A stretch of 64,000 bases of DNA, from NCBI GenBank assembly GCA_001643675.2, contig LSRY02000016.1, forward strand, positions 1,054,001 to 1,118,000, given 5' to 3'. The notes below the pieces were generated by a model that saw only the letters and a list, made by a program, of their open reading frames with translations, was not told where the DNA came from and searched no databases. This DNA comes from Monocercomonoides exilis PA203 (taxonomy: Eukaryota; Protista; Preaxostyla). Positions 1-12,700 of this stretch are shown here, piece after piece. Position numbers and translations under genes: made by a program. Each line of letters begins with the position of its first letter. Within the stretch, counting starts at the first letter, position 1.

Positions 1-1467
1 ATATCGCGTGCATACCAACATGTCAAAGTGGACGAGAAATTCAGTCCCTATCTGTGCTTCAGCTTCCAGAAGCAATGCTATGCTCACATAGGGATGCACT
101 TTGGAGCAAAAGACACGCCCAGAGTTTTCACGAAGATAATGAGACTCGCAGCGTCAAATATCAAAGAACATTGGAATGTGAAGCTTGTTATACACCTGGA
201 CGACATTCTCCTCATGCACCCAGACAGGGATGCATTAAGATCGATCTCACAGGAGATAGCCCAGTTCCTGAGAAATCTGGGCTGGATACTGTCGGAAGAG
301 AAACTGAATTTGGAACCCGAAAGGAGCGTGTAGTTTCTGGGATGGTTGTGGAACTCAGAGAAGATGGAAGTGACGCTCCAAGAAATGAAGAGAGTGCTGC
401 TCCTGGAGGATGTGCGAAAATGGATCGCACATGCAAAGAAAAGGAGGAGACAAAGGACGAGGGACCTAGCAGCACTCCTTGGGAGGCTGAATTTTGTGAG
501 GTTACAACGCCCACCAGCGAGTTTGTGGATGAAGCGCAAGCAATACGTGCTGAGGCAGGCAATAGCCCTCGGGGGCTGGAAGGGAACGGTGAGAGTCAGC
601 CCAATGATGTAAGGAGAATTAACACATTGGAGGAAAACCCTGCAAGAGAATAGACCAAGGAGTCTGAAGAGAAGGAACAGATCAGCAGAACTTACAACTG
701 ACGAGTCAAAGCTTTGATGTGGTGCAATGTTAACAATACAGAAAGAGAACAAAGAGGAGAAGATGAATGTCCACGGGAGTTGGACCCTCCAGGAGAGTGC
801 GTTAGCGATAAACGAAAAGGAGTCCAGAGCAGTGTTGAGGACTTTGATAAGGAAAGGATCATGGCTGCAACAACAGAAGATAGACCATATTCGTCTAAAG
901 ATAGACAACATGTCTACGAGATGGACAATATAGAAGAAGAGGGGAGCGCCATCGCTCATCCCAACACTGAGAGCATTGGAGAAGAGACTGAACAGCCTGG
1001 ACATATCAATACAGACGGAACATCTCCCGGGAGAACAAAACACGGAAGCAGATGCACTCAGCCGGATTGCGAAAAAGCCGGATTATGCGCTGAAGGGTGA
1101 GAAAGTCGCAGAGATATTATAAACAATCGCACCGAGAATACCAGATACAATTTTGGAACAGATTACTTCGGTATTCCGCGGAAGTACTTGGAAACTATCC
1201 TGTCTGAGAGGGAGGAGAGAGAGAGAAATGCAAGGAAACGAGATAGTACTAGTACACCCGTTCCTGAGAAACATCGGACGGACCATGAAAGAGAAGGTGA
1301 AGGAAGCCCAGAGGGAACTTACGATTCTGATTCTGCCAGCCTGGCGGGGGCAGACCTGGACCCCGCTACTGCAGCCTGGGCATTCGATAAAGACCCTGGG
1401 GACATATCAAGAGTGCATGATACCGGGAACGAAGATGAGAAGGGAAGGCTGGAAACTACCCCCATGA
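1..1467 (+). pseudogene. DIRS pol remnant: reverse transcriptase + RNase H + DAM-like methyltransferase
   Basis: RT: AYQHVKV, MHFGAKDTPRVFTKIM, IHLDDIL (YxDD-like), GWILSEEK, FLG. RNase H: LTTDES, INEKESRAV, KIDN, HLPGEQNTEADALSR. MTase-like: VLVHPF, LILPAWRGQTWTPLL. In-frame stops at ~331, 610, 716, 931, 1120. Confidence 0.85.
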
Positions 1468-1568
1468 GAGGTGATAAGCGTTAAACTGGAGAGGAAAATA
1501 TCCAAGGAAGGGACCTCTTCTATGCATGGGAAGAACACGTTGGAGCAAAGGACATTGCAGAATCAATT

Positions 1569-2483
1569 TTGAGAAATCAAAAGAGTGAAAAAGATACGTG
1601 GAGGGTGATGCTGAGATTTAAACAATTCTTGGATAGAGAGCGCATGGATGACATTGACCCCCTCACAACCAAAGATGCAAAATGGATAATGGCAGAGTTT
1701 ACCGAAACGCTTTCGAATACGAACCTCTCAAGCGGAGTGATTCATCAGACAGTACGGAAAATACTGGATTCCATCAACCTATTTAGAGAAACAAAGATTG
1801 ATCGAGAGGACATAGAAATTTTTCTAAAAACTTATGTGGGAGATAAGCCGAGAAAGGGCAAACGGTTCAAGACGATGTTATATCTTCCAATAATCACCAA
1901 ATGGGCAGAAGCCACCCATGAGATGACGGACCCACAGATCCTCCAAAGGAGAGCTCTCATCCTTACCATGATTTTTGGTGCTTTAAGTCCAGCAGAGCTG
2001 GAAAGAATGAGAAGTGTGACAACGATATTTAAAGATAACTCTGTCCAGACACAAGTACGAACAAAGACGTCGGGAGGTGAGATTATCAAAGTTATAAAAC
2101 GGAAACATCCCAACCCACGTATCGATGCAATATGAGCGCTTCAATGTTGGATGGACAATGTAAAGACGACCTTTAAGTGCGAACATGTGTGGTTCGATAT
2201 AGAGGGGAGTAGACCCGCTAACCTACAGAAGATCAAAGAAGAACTAACAGCTATTTTGAGAGAGAACGGAATTCCCGAAACTTTCACGGCGTTCTCTATA
2301 AGACACACAGTGATTACACACTTAGCAAATCGAGAAGGAGCTGACTGGAAGGCTATCAATGCTTATGCGAGATGGGCCTCAGGTTCTAGAGTAGCCCAGG
2401 AATATTACACCGTTTTACCGGTTCAATACATGAGATGGATCCTAAAGACGATCGGAGCCCCAGTACCCCTTGCAGGAAAGTGA
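1569..2483 (+). pseudogene. DIRS tyrosine recombinase, frameshifted near 2130
   Basis: RALILTMIFGALSPAEL (catalytic R replaced by S), RTKT, FSIRHTVITHL, YARWASGSRVAQEYY (W/Y catalytic end). Split across ORFs 1569-2135 and 2151-2483. Confidence 0.85.
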
Positions 2484-4091
2484 GACAAGTCGGAGAAGGA
2501 CAGCGAGAGAGAGGATGCAAGAGATGAGGAGATAGTACCAAAAATTAAGGAATACACAGGAGAGAATGCACAAGCTGGGGGAGAAGTGGAGGTGAGCAAA
2601 AGGAAGAGATCAAAGAGACGAGTGCTTATTCGAGATAAGGGTAAACAGCAGGAGAGTGATATGGCCCAACGTCCCAAAGGTGAAGAGATACCTCCCATAA
2701 TTCACCGCAACATTATGGAGCTGACGGAGGGCAGACAGACTGCCTCACAGAAGAATCTTGAAACTGATGGGAGGAAACGCGGGGAGAGAAGCATAGGACA
2801 AATTGTCAGGACCGCAGAAACATTTAAGACCCGATCAAGAACACCCCATAGACACCTCAAGAAAGGGAGGGAGTAGAGACAAGGGCCGCACCTTCATCCG
2901 CAGTCATTCTGTGCATCCGCCGCACCAGAGCGTGCTAGGAAAGTGGTTTTAGATCACACGTGCTGAGATAGAAGGGATTTCGAGACTCATTATTGAGGAA
3001 CAAACCTGCTTCTTGCGTTTGTTAATTCGCTCCATTGCGAATTGATAGAACGCAGTGAGACAGGTTTGCTCTGAGATAATAGGAATGCGGATGGAGAGAC
3101 GATAGGAGGAGTGGTGCGAGGGGGAGCCAGGAGTATGTGGGGAGATGGCTAGAAAAAAGGGCGAAATATTGAAAGTGAGAAAGAAAGAATAAACGCCCGA
3201 AGTGATTAGTGTACGTCTAGGATCTGGAAATATTCAAATAGATTGAATAAACAGTATTAATTAAAAGCTTTCTCCTCAACACGATAACGATTGTTTTTAA
3301 CACAAAAGAGTCAGAGCAATCCATGCAGTGCGCGATGATAGGGTTTGCTCTGCCGATGCAACAGAGGAGCGGGAGGCAGAGCTTATCACACGCAGTTTTC
3401 TTTTCCACGCTATGCGGAAGCGAGAGTGGTTTTTCTTTCTGCTCCAAGATTACTCGCCTCACCGGACCCCTGCACGGCCTGCAGGTGAGAGCTCCGAGGG
3501 GCAATATCCCCTGCCCTCTGGTCTTCGTGACCAAGGCGAAAAGGCGAAGACGGTGGGGAAGTGAAGCGGACAATGCATTATTTATTTATTTCTTAATTTT
3601 AATGTTATTGTTTTGTATTTTTATCTCGCCCTTTTTTCCACGTCATATTTGGGATAAGGCGAAGTTTTTCACTCAAACCACCCATAATTTATAATAACAC
3701 TCATTATCTCGGAGCAAACCTCCTTTGTTTCTGCGTTCTATCAAAAATATGTGTAAAAAGCTTTACAATAAAGGAGGTAGGTTTGGTACCAGTGTGCGTG
3801 TTAAGCATTGATGGTTACAACAGCAAACTTTTTTTTGGATCAGTGAGAAATCCACAAAAAAATCGTTTTGAGTTATTTTTAACTATCTTTGAAAAAGATA
3901 ACAAAAATTTGAATAATCAACGATATCAAAAACAGTTATCGATTATGAATCAGAAATTCTTTGCTTTCTCTTCGACAGTTTTTTTTTCACTTTCACCTTT
4001 TCATTTTCACTTTTTTATTTTCTTTTCTTTCTTTTCTTTTCTTATTTTTCTTATTTTTCTCTTTTTATGGATCATTGAAAAATCAAAACTT

Positions 4092-4954
4092 TTCGTCTGT
4101 AACATGACAAGTGATAAAAACATTTGTTTGTTTAGAATTAAAAAATAAAAAATAAATTTAAAAAATAAATAATAAAATAAATTTGTTAATAAAATAAATA
4201 AAATTAGAACAAAATTAAACAAATGTTAGCAAAAAGTTATAAAGACTTTAAAAAGCACTTTGGAAGATATTTGTTGACTGCATCTGAAATGCCTATTTTT
4301 TTCTCCTTTGCCAGTGACTGTCAATGACGGTTAATGACATATGGCTGATCCTTTTAATAATCATGCTTTCGTTCGAGTTTTGATCACATTTTTTATTTCA
4401 ATGGGATTTTCGAAAAAAGTTAAATATTCTTTTAAACAGCGTTATTTTCTACACCTCTGTGACATGACAAGAGAAAATAGAAAAAATGACAAAATGGCTG
4501 ACAAGATATTTATGATTTGTCAAAAAGGGTTATTTATAACGATTTCATAATTCTTAATTACTAAAATAATTAATTTGAAAATCTTCATGATATAATTCTT
4601 TTTATATTGAAAAAATCAAATTTTTTATTTGTGTGATCAAGTTCCCAATATTCATTTTATTTGACACGAAATGTCAGTTGAGGAATATTCTTGTCACAAT
4701 TTGTCATTAACAGTCACTGACGGTCACTGACATAAGAGAAAAAACGACAAGATATAACAGATACTATCAACAAAATCTTTCCATAGTGCTTTGAAAAGTC
4801 TTCAGAAGTTTTTGCAATAATTTATTTTATATTAATTTAAAAAAAAAATTTATTTTTTGTTTTTATTTGTTATTTTTTATTTTAAGTTTTTAATTTTTAA
4901 TTTTTTTTTTTTTGACAAACAAATATTTTTATCACTGGTCATATCACAGATGAA
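4092..4954. mobile_element. Degenerate fold-back/MITE-like element with ~250-bp imperfect inverted arms
   Basis: Paired inverted segments: 4096-4131 with 4914-4950, 4229-4286 with 4758-4815, 4310-4339 with 4702-4731. No TSD identified. Confidence 0.65.
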
Positions 4955-5418
4955 TACGCCAATTTATTAGTCAAAAGACCAATTTTTTCATCAAATATTA
5001 TTAATTTATTCAAAACACAACACTTCATTAAAAAAACTGAACATCGATAGGTGCGTGTAATGTTGATGCATAAATGCGAAAACTGTTGTGATAAATTTTT
5101 AAAATTGGTAGAGCAAGCAAATTTTCGTTGATAATTAATGTAGGTTTATAAATTACCCAAAACAAACAAACATATAATTTAATAAAAAGAAACTTTTTTT
5201 TAGGCAAATTCATCACATTTTTGATAAATTCTGAAAAAATTGAAGTTCAATCTGTTACGTAAACTTATCTTATTTATCAATATCTTTTTTTTTTAAATTA
5301 TGTATTTCTTAATTAATACAACTTTTCCACATTATTTTTTCTTGGAGAAAATGAAATAGCATTTTCATTTTTTCTCACATTGTAAACAAAAGCAAGTGCA
5401 AATAAAAACAACTAACAC

Positions 5419-6820
5419 TTATGAATCCTCAAAACCTCCAAAAAGAGAACCGACCATATTCATCAGTCCTCCCATATCCCCTCCCAATGCACTTCCAAAT
5501 AATGATGACATGAAATCACCTGAATTTCTTGGGTCTCCTCCTTCTTCAGATGCATTTGTAGAATGCTCCTTAAAGTACACGTCGTGGATTCCATCCAAAC
5601 ACTGGCCAAGTGTGTCGTCTACGAGTAGAAGAGGTCTATAGACAAGCTCAGTCTGCCTAAATAATGAATAGTTATGGCTTTGCAGCGAATCCAAGAAACA
5701 TGCGCAGCAGCGAGTGATCGGTGTGAAACTTTCGCAATTCACAAATGAAATAATCGGCTTCTGAGTAATTTTAAATCCTTTGAATGATACTTCATCGGCA
5801 TGAAGACTACTTTGCGCATGCGAAGATGAATTTGTTTCTTTGCTTTTTTCCTCTTCCAGTTCTTTCTCTTCTTCTTCACCACTCACCAATTCTATTTCTT
5901 CTCCAGAAATAATATCTTCAACATACGTTTTCATAAGCGATACCGCCATTTTCAGAGTTGCTTTCGCATCCATTGCATTGTTCACAGAAAGGATTGTTAA
6001 TATCGCTCTTACAATGCCATATTCAAAAGGGGCAAAAATCTCCTTCATTTTGTCTTTTTTCGTTTTTCCAAGAGTTGACTGTGTTGGTGTAAAGTCTTGT
6101 TCTTGCAACGGATTTTCTTGATGAATTTTCTGCTCTGTATCTTCTAAAGAATCAATTTCTTCGTCTGTCGGATACAATTGATCTTTAATAAAATAATACA
6201 AAATAAATGAAGTGTCGGAATGAAGATAGTGTTGATAAGCCAGATTAACTTCATCTGGGCAAGATGAGTGCAACTCTCCAAGAAGTGTATGAATAGATGG
6301 ATGTCCGACTTGGCATATCTTCGTTTGTATAGACCATTCGAGAGAGTTGTGAAGAAATGTAATCGTTCGCTCTCTAAAGCAAAGCTTTTGATCTTTTTTA
6401 AGTTTTTCTGATGAATTATTTGCATCTGAAATATGAAATTGATCAAGTTGATTATTGCTTTCACAATCTTTGTTGTCCTCTTTGCTCGATAAATCAATAA
6501 GAATCCGTCCAATCTCGAGAATTCTATTCAGAGTTCTTTCTGAAAATCCTATTTTTTTCTTATAAAGCATAGTTATAAATATCTCTGCATAATCGTATGC
6601 AAGCGCAAACTTTTATTTCATTTAGAAAAAAAGGAATTAAAAATTAAAATAAATATTACTGAAAAACCTGGGGAATTTGTGAAAGAACTTCAACACTTTT
6701 TGCAGCGAGATCTATTGCTTCTTCTGGTTTTTTTGGGAACATACGTTTCATTTGAGATACATAAAGCTGATAAGCTTCATAATAACTCCCCTCCTCAATA
6801 AGTTTTGAAGGATTGCTCAT
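5419..6820 (-). CDS. GET4: Golgi-to-ER traffic protein 4 (GET/TRC pathway), 2 exons
   Basis: Exon 1 6820-6668 reads MSNPSKLIEEGSYYEAYQLY (the Get4 G-x-YYEA-x-Q motif). GT-AG intron 6667-6610. Then WS...GHPSIHTLLG, AYQHYL, and a C-terminal 'GDFMSSLFG...MMGSLFGG'-type tail. Confidence 0.8.
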
Positions 6821-6885
6821 AATTAAACTTTTATTATGGGTGAAAAACGAAAAGAAAAATTATTCCTTAAGAAAAATAAAGTTCA

Positions 6886-7870
6886 TTATCCAGCTGAACT
6901 TATATGCTGATTTGAAGAAATAAGAATCACATGAACAATGAAATAAGATATGGTATTAATTTTGCAAATATCAATCATTTTCCATTCATAATCACAAAGA
7001 TGAAATAATGCTTGAAAATTACAAACACAAATAACAAATAAATATTTCTGTTAATTTTGCTTGGATTGCACGTAAATATTTTGAGTAGACAACATGGAGT
7101 CTACTTTTTTCTTCGTTTTTGTTGAGAAAAAATAACAATGTTTAATATAAAGTTGTTTTTCCTGAAAAAGTGCTTTTCAAATCATATTTTGAATTTCAGT
7201 AATTTTAATTCCTTTTTGTGAACTAAAATTACAGATATGTTTCAATATTTAAGATTCATCATTTTCTTCTTTTTAATCACAAATAAATTTCCCAAATAAA
7301 TAATTTGCTATCAATTTCTAAATTTATTTCACATCACCACACACACAAAATAAAAAGCAATTCAACAATAATCAATTTCTTGTTCATTATTTTTAAATTA
7401 ACTTTTCTAAAAGAAATTAAAGAATTATTGAAAAAACGAAAAAATATAATGATATAAATTAAAAATTTTAACGATAAAAATATTCTTGAAAAAATTTAAA
7501 AATTAAATGAAAATAAAAATCTCAGTCACATTTAAGGATATTTCTCCACATATGATAGCAATGAATAAAATGAGATGAATACGGTTAACAAACAATACAA
7601 ACACTTTCACCAGACATTGGACTGATGAAAACATAAGAATTGCGGACTTTGCTAACTTTTTTCATCTCATCAGTCAAATGCTTCATTAAGAGTGGTGCAT
7701 GAATACCCAAGGTATCATCATATTTTTCAAAAATATTCATAAATTCTCGCATACCTTTTTTGTTAGGTTCTTATTAACTGATCATTCACATAAATTATCA
7801 AACTCGAAGATCTCAAAAGTTCACCAACTATATACTCGCTCCGCTTTGCTGTTTCATAGCATATCTAACA
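6886..7870 (-). CDS. Possible small multi-exon hypothetical gene (missed by the ORF track)
   Basis: Short open segments flanked by GT/AG: ICYETAKRSEYIVGELLRSS, MREFMNIFEKYDDTLGIHAPLLMKHLTDEMKKV..., and a last exon LFHLCDYEWKMIDIC...SSAG* with TAA at 6888-6886. The start and middle exons are unresolved. Confidence 0.3.
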
Positions 7871-8015
7871 AAACATTAGTGAGCGCATGTTTGTATCAAA
7901 AATCCTTTTTAAACATTAAATTTTCAAATCATTATTATTTGATCAAATAAATATTTTGAAAAATTCGGATCATCCGTTGCATAAAGTATAAAATCTCAAA
8001 TTTATTATTTTCATA

Positions 8016-9376
8016 ATGTCTTCTGGAGACCGACTTGCAAACGCTGCGCAACATGATTTGCATATAACAGATACATTTTCTGAACCGTCTCATATTACTA
8101 TTGGGGTATTTATTTTGCTTATTGATAAATTTTTTAAATTGTTATATTTTATTTATTTTTGCTTCAAGGATAAATACACTGCTGACAAACAAGCTCCAAG
8201 AGATGACCGTTATCGTGGAAGGCAAATCCTCACATCACCTGGCAAGCATGGGAGAACAGATTCACAACTGCTTCAAAAGCAATATGTTCCTCTTGCATCT
8301 GTATGTTTTTGAAAATGCATCAGCTATTGCATAAAGGAATTTTTATCATTCTCCTTAAATTCATTTCCTTTTTTATCTGAATAAAAATTAGGGAACACCA
8401 TACGTTGATATGCTTTCCTATGAAAGAAGGAAACACTTAGAAGAAACAAAAAAACATCCTCTAAAGCCTTTTATTCCTGCAAGTCCTCCCAAAAAATCGT
8501 TTGATTTAATTATTAAACAATTGAATACAGTTTTAAATATGTTATTTTTTAAATACTTTTTATTTGAACGATGTATTTTGTAGCGTTGGTAAAGGTAGCC
8601 TTTACGGAACACTTCAAAAACCACCTGAACACATGCCTGAAGGTGTAAAAGATGTTAAAAAAGGAGATACAAAAGTTACCCCTCGAAACTTCGTTACAAA
8701 TCCTCCAAAGAAAGGTAGTTATGGTTATTATCATACAACAATCGGTGGCAAAGAATTTGAATATAAATCCGAGCCTTATGGAGGTGTTAAAAAGAAAATT
8801 GTGGGCCAGCTTCCGAACAAGCCAATCACAAGACCATTTTTATCGACAAGCCATGGAGATAGGCTTTTTGATAACAAAATATATTCTGAGGAAGGAGTGA
8901 AGAAAAGGTCAATGACTGCTCCGCAAAAACAGCGCGCCGTTTCAGTTCCTTTCAAAGGAATGTCCCCGATGGGAGGTACGATTAATAAGTTCCCCGAGTA
9001 TGTGATTCCCCAAGGAGGTACTTATCGAACAAGAATTCCTGGAAAAGAGACAGTACACGAGAAAGTGTGGAGGCCAAGTGGAACAGATGACTTGAGCATT
9101 CCTTCAAAATCAGTATGTTCTGAAAAAAATGAAACGAGTGTTTTATTGAATGATGAATACAAATTAAAATGAAAGAATTGTAAAAAAAATTTGAATTTTG
9201 TCTGTGTTGTAAAAATTTAGTTTTTCATTATTATTTCCAAATTCTTTTTTTGTGTGCTCTTTTATCATCTTTTTTAATTTTTTTTATTTTATTTAATTTA
9301 TTAAAAATTTTTTTTAAAGATTGCATTGACAGGGTTATGCGAATCTCAAACTTTCATGCGTTCAAGAAGAATGTGA
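8016..9376 (+). CDS. CFAP96: Cilia- and flagella-associated protein 96 / C4orf47 (UPF0602)-like, multi-exon
   Basis: Spliced FSEPSHITIG|DKY, PFIPASPPKKS|VGKGSLYGT, PRNFVTNPPKKGSYGYYHTTIG match remembered C4orf47 motifs. The last exon is 9320-9376 if the intron at 9113 is used; otherwise the stop is at 9172. Confidence 0.7.
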
Positions 9377-9765
9377 TCATCCATCATCCCTCTTTCCTGA
9401 AAATTCCTCTTCTTATTTTTATAAGCTTCTTCTTGTGAATTGACAAATTACACTTGAGTCAGATATTATTTATTTCATGTTTCATTTTACATGTTAATTC
9501 CAAACATGTGATGTTTTGGTTTTTTTAGTAAAAATTCATGGAAATGATGATAGGCACTTCACAATTTATCCTAAAAATTTATTTCATTAAATAAACTCTA
9601 ATATAAAATGATTAGAAAGAAAATAACAAATTTTCATCATTTTGATTATTGAAAGAGTTAAACAAAAAAGATCGCTTCAACTGTTTTGATGATGAATTAT
9701 AGTTAAGATCATATTTCTTCACCAATTCTACTCTTTCCTACAAACTTATTTACATCTATTGTTTG

Positions 9766-12700
9766 ATGGGAGGAGGCTCTTCATGCCTTTGCGGTGATAA
9801 TATGGTTTCGGATGTGGAAACACCACGCCCTCGCCATAGAACACCGACTCAAGTTTGTGAGTTTTTTTCTGTCCCTTCATGCTTAAGTTAATTTTATTGT
9901 TATTTCTAAATAAATCTATTCATTTTTGTATTTTTTTCTAGCATCATTCACAATCATCAAATGCACCATCCAGACATGCTCCACCATCTCCAAAACCACC
10001 TCAAAACACTCTACCAAAGCCACCTGAGGTTACTCAACCACCTCATAAAGAGAAAAAATCGGTTAAAAAACAGCCAGCCACTTCAAATTTTAACTTTATT
10101 CTCCCCAAACCACTTCCTGATGATTCTGAGAAAAAATGTCTTGTTCTTGATCTGGATGAGACATTGGTGCACAGTTCATTCAAGGTATATTTTGCAAATG
10201 TATTTTAAAGATTATCCTTTCGAAAATTCTGTGTTTTTTAAATTGAAAATAGCCAATTCCTCGAGCAGACTATGTTATTCCTGTGGATGTTCAAGGATCC
10301 ACTCTTCTTATTTATGTTGCGAAGAGACCAGGAGTCGATTATTTTCTTCAGCGCATGGGCGCGCTTTTCGAGATTGTATGCTTTACGGCATCAGTTTCCG
10401 ACTATGCATCTCCTCTTCTTGATCTGCTGGATACACATCGCGTGATTCGTCATCGTCTTTTTCGCGAGCACTGCGTTTATTATGAGCAAATGTACGTTAA
10501 AGATTTGTCGCGTTTGGGCCGTGCTTTGGAGAAGACATGCCTTGTAGACAACAACCTAACCTGCGGGCTTCTTCAGCCGCAGAACACAATAGGCATTGGA
10601 GCATGGTTTAGCGATGAGAACGACAGAGATCTGATGGGGCTGATTCCGCTTCTCGAAAGAATGGCTGAAGCAGACACGGTAGAGGAATTTTTGGGAGGTG
10701 TGGATTGGAGAGAAGAGGGAATAGCTGTATTTATAGCGCAATATGTTTTTATTAAAAATTAGTCATATTTTGCTTTTATCGTTGATAAATGACTTGCATA
10801 TTGATAATTTGAAACTTAAAGTATTTCGATCATTTTGCTAAAATTTTAAATAAGTTTTTTTATTTCATTGTTTCATAATACAAACCTTTTATTTCAAATT
10901 CAATTTTTCAATTATTCATCAAAATTTTAATTTTTTTTACCATTTCTTTTCATTTCTCTTCTTTTCACCCCCTTTCTCATCCCCCTCTTCCCCCCTCCAA
11001 AACATGATCACATCCAACCCAGACCAACTCACCTGGATCGACCCCACTTGGAAGTTCCCTACATTCCCTCCATATTTCACCCCTCCTGCAGACCCCTCAG
11101 CCCCTCAGCCAGTTCCATATCTCCTCTCCACTTCACCTCTTCAGCACCCGTTTCTAACAGAGCTGCTTGCCCTCCAGACGCAGCAGATGCTGGTGATGAA
11201 GGGCATTGTCGAGGAGAGCCAGCTGAATCTGTTCTATTCCACGCCGAAGGAGCACCGCCTGCGGATTGAGGAGGACTTGCGGATGATGCAAGAAGAAGAG
11301 CAGGAGAGGGAGAGAGAGAGGGAGGCAGAGAAGAGGGAGGAGTCTGTGTATGACAACAGCAGCGGAGGGAATAATGTTAATAGTGCGAATGGCAGTGGTA
11401 GTAGTAATAATAATGCAAATATTAATAATTCTTATAATAATAATAATAATAATACTGTGAGTGGAGGAGGAGAAGGAGAAAGAGAGAAAGAAGCAGGAAA
11501 TGCAGGTGATAATTCAGGAGACGATAGAGAAAGAGAAAGAGAAAGAGAGAGAATGAGGTATGAAAGCGAGCAACGATATGACAGTGAAAGTGAAGACAAT
11601 GGTACGAATGATGATGAAGAGAGGCGCAGAAGGCGGAGGAGGCGGAGGAAGAGGCAGGAGAGGAGGATGAGCGAGGAGCAAGTGAATCAAGGGTATGGCG
11701 GAGGGGGTGTGAATGTGCTGCAGAAGAAGGCGTCAAGAAGAGAGGCAGAAAGAGAAGAGATGCACAGCAGCCGGCTGTCGGCGAGGCAGCTGGCGCTTTC
11801 AGAGAGAGAGATGAGGAGAGAGAGAGAAAGAGAGAGGGAGAGAGAAAGAGAGAGGGAAAGGGAAAGGGAAAGGGATCGAGACAGAGACAGAGAAAGGGAT
11901 CCGAAGTCGAGTAGGAGCAATGCGGACAAATGGGAAGGGTATGATGATGAAGAGAGGGAGGGGTATGACAATGACAATGATGATGAAGACGAAGATGAGG
12001 AAGACTATTCGCATTCAGGAGATGACTACGATATGGATGAGAGGCAGAGGGAGAGAGAGAGAACGAGAGAACGAGGAGAAAGAGTGGAACGAGGAATTAG
12101 AGAATCGATGTCAGGTGTGCATTCAGGAAGGCAGCAGCAGCAGAGGCAGAGGAGAGAGAAAGGAAGGGGCAGAGATAAGAAAGGCAGGCGGAACAGAAGA
12201 GACAGAAGAGGAGGGAGTTTGAATGGGCGGCTGAGCAGTCGAAGAGGAAGAGATATGCACGAGAGGATGGAGTATGAAGGAGGAGGAGGAGGAGGAGGGG
12301 AAAGGGGAGGATACGGAGATGATAATGATAATGACAATGACAATGACATTGAGTATGACAACTATAACGACAACGATGGCGACGAAAGAGAAGATGGGGA
12401 CGAGTTCAGTGACGATTCATTGGGCACGCCACAACCGGAACACACTGAGCATCCAGAGCATCCAGATCATTCTGATCACACAGAACTGTCTCAACAGCAG
12501 GCAGGAGATGGCATGCACAATGGACATTCCATGGCAAATGTGGTGCGTTCGCCACAGGGCTTACACCCTATCTCATCGATGCAATCTATACAATCTATGC
12601 AATCTATGCAGGGCATACAGCCAATTCAACAAATGCAATCAATGCCAACCATCCAAGCGATCCAAGCCATCCACACAAAGACCTCTTCCTCCAGTCTGAC

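Larger units (their letters stand above)
1..3744 (+). mobile_element. Degenerate DIRS-like tyrosine-recombinase retrotransposon (5' end outside window)
   Basis: Domain order RT - RNase H - methyltransferase-like - tyrosine recombinase, which is typical of DIRS. Many stops and frameshifts. Purine-rich + strand. ICR-like hairpin at ~2987-3080 whose arm recurs at 3700-3744. The right end is inferred. Confidence 0.85.

Noticed and set aside
1-1467. In-frame TAA/TAG in the DIRS pol suggesting a TAR=Gln genetic code
   Set aside because: TGA stops and frameshifts also occur, host genes end in TAA/TAG, and multi-kb ORFs lack internal TAR. Ordinary decay explains it.
3338-3350. AAACCCTA on the minus strand as a telomerase RNA template
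   Set aside because: Too short, not a 1.5-repeat template, and probably inside the DIRS terminal region.
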